Assembly: GCA_050746125.1 (NCBI GenBank)
Contig: JBOGKX010000052.1
Coordinates: 9,548-73,547 of the forward strand
Direction: 5' to 3'
From: Terriglobales bacterium
GTDB taxonomy: Bacteria; Acidobacteriota; Terriglobia; Terriglobales; SCQP01
DNA length: 64,000 nt
Shown: positions 18,439 to 27,254 of the stretch, piece after piece
How the letters are laid out: each line of letters opens with the position of its first letter
How positions within the stretch are numbered: position 1 is the first letter of the stretch
Notes under the pieces: model-generated
What the model was told of the DNA's origin: nothing
Databases searched by the model: none
Seen by the model: only the letters and a program-made list of their open reading frames with translations
Made by a program: the position numbers and the translations under genes

Positions 18439-19038
18439 ATGGCCACGAGCCCAACTGTGGCGCGGGAGGAGAATCCTCCTCCGGTGCAGACCGACAATCA
18501 GCTCGTACGCGCTTGCTTGCGCGGCGAGGAAGCGGCTTGGTCTGCGCTCATTGAGCGTTACAAAAACCTCATTTTTTCCATTCCCCTTAAGTACAATCTC
18601 AGCCGCGAAGACGCCAACGATATTTTTCAGGCGGTGTGCCTCGATTTGTTGCGCGAATTGCCGCGTCTCCGCGAGCCGCGCGCTCTGCCCGCCTGGTTGA
18701 TGAGCACTACGCAGCACAAATGCTTTCATCACAAGCGCCGGGCTCAGCGCTACGTGGCCCAGGAGGATATCGCGGAATTTCTCCCCGCTATTTCCGGGGA
18801 GCCGCCGGCCGATCGCGTCTTGCAGGAAGCGCGCGAGGAGCAGATGCTGCGCGATGCTTTGGACGCTTTGCAGCCACGCTGCCGCGAACTGGTACGGATG
18901 TTATTTTTTGAGCAGCCCGCGCGCCCCTATGCCGACATCGCCCAACAACTCGGCTTCGCGATCGGCTCGATCGGCTTCATGCGCCGCCGCTGCCTCACCC
19001 GCTTGCGCCAGATCCTTGTGTCGCAGGGCTTCGAATAG
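18439..19038 (+). CDS. ECF-type sigma-70 factor with no adjacent anti-sigma gene
   Basis: Region 2 (EDANDIFQAVCLDLL) and region 4 (ARPYADIAQQLGFAIGSIGFMRRRCLTRL) are present. Confidence 0.85.
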   Translation: MATSPTVAREENPPPVQTDNQLVRACLRGEEAAWSALIERYKNLIFSIPLKYNLSREDANDIFQAVCLDLLRELPRLREPRALPAWLMSTTQHKCFHHKRRAQRYVAQEDIAEFLPAISGEPPADRVLQEAREEQMLRDALDALQPRCRELVRMLFFEQPARPYADIAQQLGFAIGSIGFMRRRCLTRLRQILVSQGFE

Positions 19039-19043
19039 CCGCT

Positions 19044-19072
19044 GGGCGGCAGCGCTTATGCAAACGCCGCCC
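19044..19072. terminator. GC hairpin between convergent sigma and skp genes
   Basis: GGGCGGC (19044-19050) pairs with GCCGCCC (19066-19072) around a 15-nt loop. There is no clear U-tract. Confidence 0.35.
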
Positions 19073-19088
19073 CCGCCTATCCGCGTTC

Positions 19089-19670
19089 TTATCGGCCGGG
19101 CGGGTTTTTCGAGTCGGACGCCGCGGCTTTTGCCGGCGTCGCGGCAGCGGCGGCCGGATGCTGCTGGTTGTAAAGCTTCACCACCGCTTCGGTCACGTCG
19201 ATCCTCGGCGCGGCGAATATGACCGGGGCCTGCGGCGGGCTGGCGTCCAGGACTAGGGCGTAGCCCTGGGCCTGCGCGTAGCTGTCGATGACCGGCAGCA
19301 GCTTGCGGAAGATGCGATTGGCGGCGTCGCTTTCCTCGGTCTGAAAGTCGCTTTGGGCATCTTGCGCATCGCGCTGAAACTCTTGCTCCTTGGTTTGGAT
19401 GCTGCGGGCCAAGCTGTTTTTGGCGTCGACGCTGAGCGTGTCGCCGCCATTTTGTAATTGCTGCTGCAAGGTTTGGATCTCCTTTTGTTCGTTTTGCAGC
19501 TGCGTTTGCTTGGGCTTGAACTCGGCGGCTATATTGGCCAGGGCTTTCGTGCCCTCCTGCGTCTCCCGCAGCGCCTTTTGCACATCGACGTACGCAATTT
19601 TTTCTCCGCTTTGCGCCCACAAGCCGAGCGCTAGGGCGAAGATCATGGCAACAAGGAGTTTAGGTTTCAT
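19089..19670 (-). CDS. skp: OmpH/Skp family periplasmic chaperone
   Basis: Signal peptide MKPKLLVAMIFALALGLWAQ, then IAYVDVQKAL and a long Q/E/K-rich coiled region, ending ..GYALVLDAS... Confidence 0.85.
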   Translation of the reverse strand: MKPKLLVAMIFALALGLWAQSGEKIAYVDVQKALRETQEGTKALANIAAEFKPKQTQLQNEQKEIQTLQQQLQNGGDTLSVDAKNSLARSIQTKEQEFQRDAQDAQSDFQTEESDAANRIFRKLLPVIDSYAQAQGYALVLDASPPQAPVIFAAPRIDVTEAVVKLYNQQHPAAAAATPAKAAASDSKNPPGR

Positions 19671-19694
19671 CGCTGAATTGAGCCGGACAAGCGG

Positions 19695-19724
19695 ATTATA
19701 AAACTCCCGTTTTGGCTAGGTCAA
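19695..19724 (-). promoter_or_regulatory. near-consensus sigma-70 promoter upstream of skp
   Basis: On the minus strand: TTGACC (19719-19724), an 18-nt spacer, then TATAAT (19695-19700), about 25 nt upstream of the skp ATG. Confidence 0.5.
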
Positions 19725-19793
19725 TCGCTGGCCGCCGCGGTGGGTTGCGGGTGGGCCATTAGGCCGCCCGTATGGTGGCGCCGTGCCGCCATT

Positions 19794-19829
19794 GCAGGTC
19801 CCAAGCCTGGCCGGAGTTGCGCGCGCTCA
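19794..19829. repeat. 36-bp perfect direct repeat, copy 1 (orphaned mscS 3'-end-like fragment)
   Basis: GCAGGTCCCAAGCCTGGCCGGAGTTGCGCGCGCTCA is identical to 21719-21754. On the minus strand it reads SARNSGQAWDL and a stop follows 11 codons later, at 19759-19761. Confidence 0.85.
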
Positions 19830-19856
19830 CTTCGGCACGTTCGCCCACGCGCTCGC

Positions 19857-21332
19857 CTACGACGTGGCCAACGGCTGCGACGGACCCGGAGCTGGTGAGG
19901 GGCGCGCCGTATGTTTGGCGTTTTTGATCGCTCCCGCAAGCCGTGCCTCGTCGGCATACGCGCGGACGAAGCTGCTGCTTGAGCTGTCGAGCGACGCCAC
20001 TACCAGGGGCGCGACAGGTGGTTGCGCCTCAATTGACCTCATCAGGCGCTGGAAGTGCAAAAACCAGGCGCGGCTGTCACGCTGTTGCTCCCCATCAGCA
20101 CTTAAGAAGCGCAGGAAGGCATCCTGAGCCGCCGCCAGCTCGCCGGGGCCGGGCGCAGTGCCGAGGAGGGATTCGAATGCAATACACTTCTCATTGAAAA
20201 CATCGGCCGGCTCGCTCATTGCATCTCCCTGCCACGCCGTCACCCGATCGAGCACTTGCGCAAATGCGGTCGCCGGGTCCTGGCTGGGAGGCGGAAAACG
20301 CAATTCTTTCAAGTCGCCCAGCAACTGTCTAGAGTCCGGCGTTTCCCAGTAAACGTGCGAATTCTGCCGCATCGTTCGCACGCTCAACGTGGGCATCTCT
20401 AAACGAAGCGGGGGGACAGTACTGGAGGCGAACAGATGATTGAACTCGTCGATGGCTCGCAGTTGACGCGCATCGCTCACGCATAAGCCATTTTTAACGG
20501 CGCGCTCGAGCAGCCCACGGTATGCCAACAGCAGCGGGTCGGGCGAGATACCGCTGTCCCGACAAGCGGCCGCAAGCTGCAGAATTTCCCTTGCGGCCTG
20601 AGGGGCTGCGAGCGCCGTAATACGAGGATCGGGAGCCATCTGATCGAGCGAAGCGGCCAAATCGTCGATAAGCGCGCTGAGGGTCAGCCGGTCGGCGGAA
20701 ATACCCATGATGAGCTTCGCGGCAGGCCCAATTTCCACGGGCGATGAGATGTCGCTCACGTACGGTCCGAGGAAATCCACCGCCAAGCCTCCCGCAAGTT
20801 GATCGCGGGTGAAATGCGCGAAACGCGCCACCGTAGTGAAATACACGGTTAGGTCGTAAGCGAGCGTATCGTTGCATTTCTCCGGTGGCAGCTTCGGCTG
20901 ACCGACACTTCGCAACTCCGCCAGGGCAGTCGCGCGGTCGAGGGGAAGCAAAACGGCAATAGCGCGCATTTGGAGCGAAAGTCGGTCTAACGGTAAAGAA
21001 GCAGCGAGCGCGGCGGAGCTCTCACGGCTGTCCGTTGGCCCACTAAAGGCCCGTTTGCGCGGGAATGGCTGCGTGCTTCTCTCTGCGGTCTGGAAAGCTT
21101 CTTCCGCCAGGCGTCGCTTTTCCACCCCAACCACCGCGCCCGAGGTGGCAAGTCTGAGAAGTAGGTCGGCTGCGAATTCCGGGGGCAATTCACGGGCTTC
21201 GTCGGCGATTTTTTTAAGGATCGCAGTATTCGGAGTGTGCGTTGGCCTCTGCCGGACCGGCGCGACTGCCCTGCACCACGGGCTTGGAAGCGAGCAGGAC
21301 GCGAATAGGATCGCAGAAACTAAGCACAGCAT
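19857..21332 (-). CDS. hypothetical secreted/lipoprotein-like all-alpha protein (orphan)
   Basis: 491-aa ORF with the hydrophobic N-terminus MLCLVSAILFASCSL. I recognise no family motif. By eye the region has more A/T than its neighbours. Confidence 0.6.
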   Translation of the reverse strand: MLCLVSAILFASCSLPSPWCRAVAPVRQRPTHTPNTAILKKIADEARELPPEFAADLLLRLATSGAVVGVEKRRLAEEAFQTAERSTQPFPRKRAFSGPTDSRESSAALAASLPLDRLSLQMRAIAVLLPLDRATALAELRSVGQPKLPPEKCNDTLAYDLTVYFTTVARFAHFTRDQLAGGLAVDFLGPYVSDISSPVEIGPAAKLIMGISADRLTLSALIDDLAASLDQMAPDPRITALAAPQAAREILQLAAACRDSGISPDPLLLAYRGLLERAVKNGLCVSDARQLRAIDEFNHLFASSTVPPLRLEMPTLSVRTMRQNSHVYWETPDSRQLLGDLKELRFPPPSQDPATAFAQVLDRVTAWQGDAMSEPADVFNEKCIAFESLLGTAPGPGELAAAQDAFLRFLSADGEQQRDSRAWFLHFQRLMRSIEAQPPVAPLVVASLDSSSSSFVRAYADEARLAGAIKNAKHTARPSPAPGPSQPLATS

Positions 21333-21410
21333 AAAACCAATCCATCGATCTCAAGGCTCTAGGTCTAAATTATGCTGCCGGCGGGCCAGGCTTTGGGAGT
21401 GAAAGAAGGC

Positions 21411-21509
21411 CTAGCTTGGCCCAGTGTACGCGCCAATCCAGTTTTTCTCTACTACCCCTGCGGGAGAGACCACGATGGTCTGAGGAGTCTGACCGGAGCG
21501 GGTTCGAAC
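21411..21509 (-). pseudogene. possible 3'-terminal remnant of a TlpA/ResA-like thiol-disulfide oxidoreductase
   Basis: The tail of the 60-aa ORF reads ..SGQTPQTIVVSPAGVVEKNWIGAYTGPS, which resembles redoxin C-termini (PTTfvIdpdGkvv..w.G). No upstream CxxC part exists. Confidence 0.3.
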
Positions 21510-21596
21510 GAGTCTACGCGGTAAGGGGCGACATGCTCTACGCGGCGTGGCGCCCGCCCAAGCCAGCGAGCAGCCGGCGCACGGATCCCTCAACGA

Positions 21597-22667
21597 TCAG
21601 ATTGCTTCCGCCGAACGCGGCGCCATCCGTGAGCCGCTCAATTCGCCTCGCCACCGCGGCAGGCTCTCGGGATGATGCTTTTGGAGATAGGCGATCAGCT
21701 TTTCGCGAACCAGGCATCGCAGGTCCCAAGCCTGGCCGGAGTTGCGCGCGCTCATCAAGGCGCGCAGTTGGAGCGTGTGCTCGCTGGCGTCGGAAACTTG
21801 CAGCACCTGCACGTTGCCGTCCCATAACGGCGTGGATTGCAAAATACTCAACAGCTCGGCTCGCAGTTCGTCCACCGGCGCCGAATAGTCCACGTAGAGA
21901 TACGTGCTGCCCAGTAAATTGGCGGTGTTCCGCGTCCAGTTCTGAAACGGCTTCTCGATGAAATAAGTGAGCGGCAAGACCAGGCGCCGGAGGTCCCAGA
22001 TGCGGACCACGACATAGGTGGTGCCGATCTCTTCAATCCAACCCCACTCCCCCTCGACTACAACCGCATCGTCGAGGCGAAACGGCTCGGTGAGGGCCAC
22101 TTGCACGCCGGCGATGAGGCTGGCAAGAGTCGGGCGCGCCGCCATGCCCACGATCAGTCCGGCTACCCCGGCGGAAGCGAACACGCCGGTACCGATGGTG
22201 CGAATGGCGGGAAAGGTCATCAGCATGATCGCCAAGGCGATCACGCCCACCGCCACGGTCAAGACGCGGCGCAGCAGATGAATCTGAGTGTGGATGCGGC
22301 GCGCCGAGAGATTATCGGCGGCATGGACGTCGTAGCGGCGCCCCAAAAGATCGTCCACCACGTAGGTCAAGGCGATCGTCCACCACGCCACAACGGCAAT
22401 CAGCCCAAGCTCGATGCCATGCGCCAAGCCGGCGGCGAGCGGCGGCGGCATCCGCAGCGCCGGCAGCACCACCAGCAGCGCCAATAGCAGCGCCAGCCAA
22501 CGTATGGGACGGCGAGAATGGCGCAGCGGCGACCACCATGTTGACCGCGCCACGCCGCTGAAGTGCTTGCCGGCGGCAAACAACAGCCGGTGCGCCAGCC
22601 AAGCGGCCAAAAGCGCGACGATCACAAAAACAGGCGAACGCAGCCAATGAGCCCAAAGCAAAAACAT
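21597..22667 (-). CDS. mechanosensitive ion channel (MscS family)
   Basis: N-terminal TM helices, then the pore and beta domain LIAGVQVALTEPFRLDDAVVVEGEWGWIEEIGTTYVVVRIWDLRRLVLP. Confidence 0.85.
   Translation of the reverse strand: MFLLWAHWLRSPVFVIVALLAAWLAHRLLFAAGKHFSGVARSTWWSPLRHSRRPIRWLALLLALLVVLPALRMPPPLAAGLAHGIELGLIAVVAWWTIALTYVVDDLLGRRYDVHAADNLSARRIHTQIHLLRRVLTVAVGVIALAIMLMTFPAIRTIGTGVFASAGVAGLIVGMAARPTLASLIAGVQVALTEPFRLDDAVVVEGEWGWIEEIGTTYVVVRIWDLRRLVLPLTYFIEKPFQNWTRNTANLLGSTYLYVDYSAPVDELRAELLSILQSTPLWDGNVQVLQVSDASEHTLQLRALMSARNSGQAWDLRCLVREKLIAYLQKHHPESLPRWRGELSGSRMAPRSAEAI
21719..21754. repeat. 36-bp perfect direct repeat, copy 2 (inside the intact mscS 3' region)
   Basis: Identical to 19794-19829. 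Here it encodes SARNSGQAWDL in frame within MscS. Confidence 0.85.
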
Positions 22668-22904
22668 GACGGTCCTCCTGGGTCAGCCGGGCGAAAGAGG
22701 CGAAGGATCAGAGGGAGCGCTGCGACAGCGGGCGTTCAGCAAAGCAGGGCGTCGAGGCGGGGAGCCGATCGCGGCAAGCCGGCGAGGCATGCGCGGCCGG
22801 CCATGGAGAGCGCGACGATCGGCATTCGAACCAAGATCACCAATTCAGGATAGCGACGGCAGCCCTGGCGGGCAATCCGCCCCGGTTGCGCGCGGCCCGC
22901 TGAA

Positions 22905-24656
22905 TCAGTCGGCTCTTCTCTTGAGGCAGGCGAGGAGACGGTCGGCAGGCAAGGTATTAAGCACGCTGGCGGGCGTCAGCCAGCCGCGGCGGGCGGTGGC
23001 CACGCCATATCGGATGAAATTCAAGTGGCGGGGGTGATGCGCGTCGGTGTTGATGACCACGCGCACGCCCTGCCGGCCGCAGGCGCGAGCGGCGGCGTCG
23101 TTCAGGTCGAGGCGCTCCGGCGAGGCATTGATTTCCATGGTTACGCCGTGCTCGCGGCAAGCGGCGAGCACGCTGGGAAAGTCGAAGCGGTAAGGCTCGC
23201 GGCGCAGCAAGAGCCTTCCCGAGGGATGCCCCAGCACGTTCACGTGCGGATTGGCGATGGCCCGCAGCAGGCGCTCGGTCATTTCGTCCGGCGGTAGGTC
23301 GAAGCGGGAGTGAACGCTGGCAATCACTACGTCCATCTGAGCCAGCACCGTGTCGTGCAGGTCCAGCGCGCCGTCGGCGTGAATATCCACTTCGATGCCG
23401 GCGAAGATTCGCAGCGGAGGGTCGGCGGCGGAAAAAACCGCGTCCGCGGCACGAATGCGGGCGATTTGCTCGAGCGCGCGGGTTTCGTCGAGGCCGCGCG
23501 CCATGGCCAGCGCCTGCGAGTGATCGGTGATGGCGATATACGCGTAGCCGCGCTGCTGGGCGGCCGCGGCCATCTCCTCGATGGTGGCGCGGCCGTCGGT
23601 GGCGACGGTATGCATGTGCAAGTCGCCTCGCAAGTCGGTCTCGGCGACCAGCGCCGGCAAGGCATGCGCCTCGGCGGCCTCGATTTCGCCGCCATCCTCG
23701 CGCAGTTCCGGAGGAATCCAATCGAGGCCGAGGGCGGCATAAATCCCCTCCTCGCTGGCTCCGGCCAAGAGCGCGCCGCCGCTGTCAAACAGGCCGTACT
23801 CGTTCAGCTTGGCGCCTCGCCGCTGCGCCCGTTGGCGGAGCTTGACGTTGTGTTGTTGCGACCCGGTAAAGTACTGCAGAGCGGCGCCGAAACTAGCTTC
23901 CGGCAGCAGGCGGAGATCCATTTGCAGGCCGTCGGAGCGGCGCACGGTGACCTTGTTTTCTCCCTCCGCCAAGGTTTCAACGATGCCGGGCAGGCCCAAG
24001 AAAGCGGCACTTACCGCTGTCTCGCCGCCTTGGCCTAGGCCGGGACCGGCGACGAGAAAATCCAAATCGCCGACGGTTTCACGCCCGCGCCGGAAGGAGC
24101 CAGCCACGGCTGCCTGCTTGATGCCGGGCAACGCGGCGAGCTTGGGCAGCACATCTTCGACGATGCGCGCGGCGGTGGAGAGCAGTGTCCGGCCTGTTAG
24201 CGAGCGATAGCTGGCGATGGCGCGAAGAATCTTTTCCTCCGCCTTGGCTCCCAACCGCGGCAGTTCGCGCAGCCTGCCGGCGCGGGCCAAGCTCTCGACC
24301 TCATCCAGGGAGGCGGCTCGGTGGGTCTCCCAGATCAGCGCCACCGTCTTGGGGCCCAGCCCCTGCACTTTGAGCAGCTCCAGCATCTCCGGCCGATAAC
24401 GTTCCAGCAGCTCGTCATGCCAGCGCAGGTGGCCGGTGGCGATCATTTCGGTGATGTTGTCCGCCATGCGGGCGCCGATGCCGGGCAGGGCCAATAAGCG
24501 CTTACGGTCGGCGTAGAGATCGGCCAGCCGCTCGGGGCAGCTTTCCAACGCGTCGGCGGCCTTACGGTAGCTGCGGATGCGAAACGGGTCCTCGCCGGCC
24601 ACTTCCATCAGGTCGGCCGTCTCGCGCAGCAGGCGGGCCAGTTCGCGATTCTCCAT
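22905..24656 (-). CDS. polX: DNA polymerase X family protein with C-terminal PHP domain (PolX)
   Basis: The N-terminal helix-hairpin-helix region (MENRELARLLRETADLMEVAGEDPFRIRSYRKAA), the Pol beta-like core (GSFRRGRETVGDLDFLV) and the PHP histidines (DLHMHT...ITDHS) are all present. Confidence 0.9.
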   Translation of the reverse strand: MENRELARLLRETADLMEVAGEDPFRIRSYRKAADALESCPERLADLYADRKRLLALPGIGARMADNITEMIATGHLRWHDELLERYRPEMLELLKVQGLGPKTVALIWETHRAASLDEVESLARAGRLRELPRLGAKAEEKILRAIASYRSLTGRTLLSTAARIVEDVLPKLAALPGIKQAAVAGSFRRGRETVGDLDFLVAGPGLGQGGETAVSAAFLGLPGIVETLAEGENKVTVRRSDGLQMDLRLLPEASFGAALQYFTGSQQHNVKLRQRAQRRGAKLNEYGLFDSGGALLAGASEEGIYAALGLDWIPPELREDGGEIEAAEAHALPALVAETDLRGDLHMHTVATDGRATIEEMAAAAQQRGYAYIAITDHSQALAMARGLDETRALEQIARIRAADAVFSAADPPLRIFAGIEVDIHADGALDLHDTVLAQMDVVIASVHSRFDLPPDEMTERLLRAIANPHVNVLGHPSGRLLLRREPYRFDFPSVLAACREHGVTMEINASPERLDLNDAAARACGRQGVRVVINTDAHHPRHLNFIRYGVATARRGWLTPASVLNTLPADRLLACLKRRAD

Positions 24657-24772
24657 GGCTGGCCACAGTATCGCCGCTCCAGGGCGGAGCCGACGTCCGA
24701 AACGACCGAGTGGTCGCCGGTGCCGAAAGGTTCTGTTGTATTATCGGTGAATTGACGGAGGCTTAACGCCGC

Positions 24773-25033
24773 GTGTCCGACGCCTTGACCCAAGACGTGA
24801 TTGCCATCATCGCCCGCGAACAGCGCGTGCCTGCCGAGTCGATTAATCCCGACTCGACTTTCGAGCAGCTCAAGATCGACTCGCTCGACGGCGTCAACAT
24901 CGTGTTTGCCTTGGAAGAAAAATACAACCTCACCATTCCCGACGAGATTGCGCGGGAGATGAGAAGCGTGCGCCAAGTCATCGATGCCCTCCGCCAGCAG
25001 CTGAACGCCGCCACCTCCCCGGCTCCTAGCTGA
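24773..25033 (+). CDS. acyl carrier protein
   Basis: 86 aa with the phosphopantetheine attachment motif LKIDSLDGVNIVFALE. Confidence 0.85.
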   Translation: MSDALTQDVIAIIAREQRVPAESINPDSTFEQLKIDSLDGVNIVFALEEKYNLTIPDEIAREMRSVRQVIDALRQQLNAATSPAPS

Positions 25034-25051
25034 GCCGGGCGCGACAGCCGA

Positions 25052-26293
25052 ATGGAAAAAGTCGTGATCACCGGCATCGGCGTGTTGAGCGCCTGCGGCA
25101 ACACGCCGGCCGAGTTGTGGGCCAATTTGGCCGCCGGCCGCAGCGGCGTGGGCCGGGTTACGCGCGTGGACGCGTCGCGGCTGCAAATCAACGTCTGCGG
25201 CGAGGTGCGCGAGTTTCAGCCGGAGCAGCATTTCGGCAAAGAAGTGGACTTCCTCGACCGTTTTGCGCAATTCGCCGTGGTTTGCGCCCGGGCGGCGCTG
25301 GCCGACGCCGGCTGGCCCCGACGGCTGGATACCAACGGCGGACCGCCGCCACAACGAATAGCGGTGATTACCGGCACGGCGCTGGGCGGCGTGGAAAGCG
25401 AGGACCGCGGTTTTCACCAACTCTATGCCCGCCAGGCCACGCGTCTGCACCCCTTTAGCATTCCCCGCATGATGTTCAATGCTGGCACCTCGCATATCAC
25501 GATGGATACCGGGGCGCGCGGCATTAGCTTCGCCATCTCGACCGCCTGTGCCTCCTCCACCCACGCCCTAGGCGAGGCATGGCGGCTGGTGCAGAGCGGG
25601 CTGGCAGATATGGCCCTGGCGGGCGGTTCCGATGCGCCGCTGACGCTGGGCGTTTTCAAGGCCTGGGAAGCGATGCGAGTCATGGCGCCGCCGGGTGACA
25701 ACCCGGCCGCCGCCTGCCGCCCGTTTAGCGCCGATCGCGCGGGCCTGGTATTAGCGGAGGGCGCAGCCGTCTTCGTGCTGGAGCGCGAGAGCCTGGCGCG
25801 GCAGCGGGGGGCTCGCATCTATGGCGAGCTAGCCGGTTACGGCGCCAGCGCCGATGCCGGCCACATCACCCAACCGACCCTCGATGGACCGCTCAGCGCC
25901 ATGCGCGCGGCGCTGGAGTCGGCGCAACTCGATCCTTCGGAGGTGGACTACATCAACGCCCACGGCACCGGCACCAAGCTGAACGACGCCACCGAGAGCG
26001 TGGCGATCCGCGAATTGCTGGGGGCGCGCGCCGGCGAGGTTTCCGTGAGCTCGACCAAATCCATGCACGGGCACGCCATGGGCGCGAGCGGAGCGCTGGA
26101 ACTGGCGGTGACGCTGCTGGCCATGGGACATCAAGTCGCGCCACCCACCGCGAACTTCACCCGCCGAGACCCCGCCTGCGATTTGGACGTGACGCCCAAT
26201 CAAGCGCGGCCACGGCGGATTCGCGCGGCTTTGTCGAACTCATTCGCCTTTGGCGGGCTGAACGCCGTGCTGGCGGTGCGGGAATACCGCTAA
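25052..26293 (+). CDS. beta-ketoacyl-ACP synthase (KAS II / NodE-like)
   Basis: All three KS active-site motifs are present: the Cys (ISTACASSTHAL) and the two His (INAHGTGT and SMHGHAMGASG). Confidence 0.9.
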   Translation: MEKVVITGIGVLSACGNTPAELWANLAAGRSGVGRVTRVDASRLQINVCGEVREFQPEQHFGKEVDFLDRFAQFAVVCARAALADAGWPRRLDTNGGPPPQRIAVITGTALGGVESEDRGFHQLYARQATRLHPFSIPRMMFNAGTSHITMDTGARGISFAISTACASSTHALGEAWRLVQSGLADMALAGGSDAPLTLGVFKAWEAMRVMAPPGDNPAAACRPFSADRAGLVLAEGAAVFVLERESLARQRGARIYGELAGYGASADAGHITQPTLDGPLSAMRAALESAQLDPSEVDYINAHGTGTKLNDATESVAIRELLGARAGEVSVSSTKSMHGHAMGASGALELAVTLLAMGHQVAPPTANFTRRDPACDLDVTPNQARPRRIRAALSNSFAFGGLNAVLAVREYR

Positions 26294-26325
26294 CGGCGGC
26301 CGAGAGCGCGGCGGCGCCCGCCGTT
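26292..26325. terminator. hairpin filling the gap between convergent stop codons
   Basis: AACGGCGG (26292-26299) pairs with CCGCCGTT (26318-26325). It lies exactly between the TAA at 26291-26293 and the minus-strand stop at 26326-26328. Confidence 0.4.
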
Positions 26326-27096
26326 TCAACGCGCTGCTTGCGACCCAAGCTGCTCGACCCCGGCATCCAAGTGGGAGGCCGCAGGGCGGTCGGCAACGAT
26401 CCAGACGTCCTGCCCGTGGCGCAAAAAGCTGGCCGGCACCTCGGGGCCAATCGGCCCTTCCAGCGTGCGATGCAAAATCTCCGCCTTTCGTTCGCCATTC
26501 ACCAGCAAGACCAAGCGGCGGGCTTGGAGCAAAGTGGCGATGCCGGTGGTGACGCCAAAGGCGGGAACTTCCTCTCCCGGCCAATATTCCTCATTGGCTT
26601 CGCGCGTGACCGGGCTCAAGGGAACGACCCGAGTATGCGAGTCCGGCGGCGAGCCGGGTTCATTGAAGCCGATATGACCGGTTAGACCCAAGCCCAACAA
26701 TTGCAAGTCGCAGCCGCCCCAGGCGGCCAATTGCGCCTCATAGGCGGCGCAGGCGGCTGCGATGCCCTCCGGCTGCGAAGGCATTCGCAGCACGCGATCG
26801 GCGGCGATGCCGGCGGGGCCCAGGAAATGCTCCCGCAGCCAGTGGAAAAAGCTGATCGGCCGGTCTCCGGCGCCGAGATACTCATCCAGCATGGCGACGC
26901 GGGCACGGGAGAAGTTCACGGCGCCGTGCCGCTGTTGCGCCACCAAATGCTCATAAACGGGCACCGGCGTGTTGCCGGTGGGCAGGCCGAGCACGGCATC
27001 GGGTTTGGAACGCAGCGCTTCCGCCACGAGGGCGCCGGCGGCGGCGCCGAAGTCGGCCGGATCGACCACGCGCAGGTGCAGGTTAGGGGAGGGCAT
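26326..27096 (-). CDS. glucosamine-6-phosphate deaminase / 6-phosphogluconolactonase family protein (NagB-like)
   Basis: 256 aa from MPSPNLHLRVV. It has the family motifs LGLPTGNTPVPVYE and LLGLGLTGHIGFNEPGS. Confidence 0.8.
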   Translation of the reverse strand: MPSPNLHLRVVDPADFGAAAGALVAEALRSKPDAVLGLPTGNTPVPVYEHLVAQQRHGAVNFSRARVAMLDEYLGAGDRPISFFHWLREHFLGPAGIAADRVLRMPSQPEGIAAACAAYEAQLAAWGGCDLQLLGLGLTGHIGFNEPGSPPDSHTRVVPLSPVTREANEEYWPGEEVPAFGVTTGIATLLQARRLVLLVNGERKAEILHRTLEGPIGPEVPASFLRHGQDVWIVADRPAASHLDAGVEQLGSQAAR

Positions 27097-27169
27097 CGCG
27101 GTCACTTTAATATAACAATCCGCGGCGGCATGGGTGTGAGCGGCGGTGTGATTATGGTGGAAAGTTCGC

Positions 27170-27199
27170 TTGCATTGCGCGTCGGTCTGAGGGTATATT
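27170..27199 (+). promoter_or_regulatory. candidate sigma-70 promoter for the riboswitch leader
   Basis: TTGCAT (27170-27175), an 18-nt spacer, then TATATT (27194-27199), about 55 nt upstream of riboswitch P1. Confidence 0.4.
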
Positions 27200-27254
27200 C
27201 GTGGGGACAATTGAATACGGATCTGAGTCGTTTTGCATGACGATTCGGATCCTC

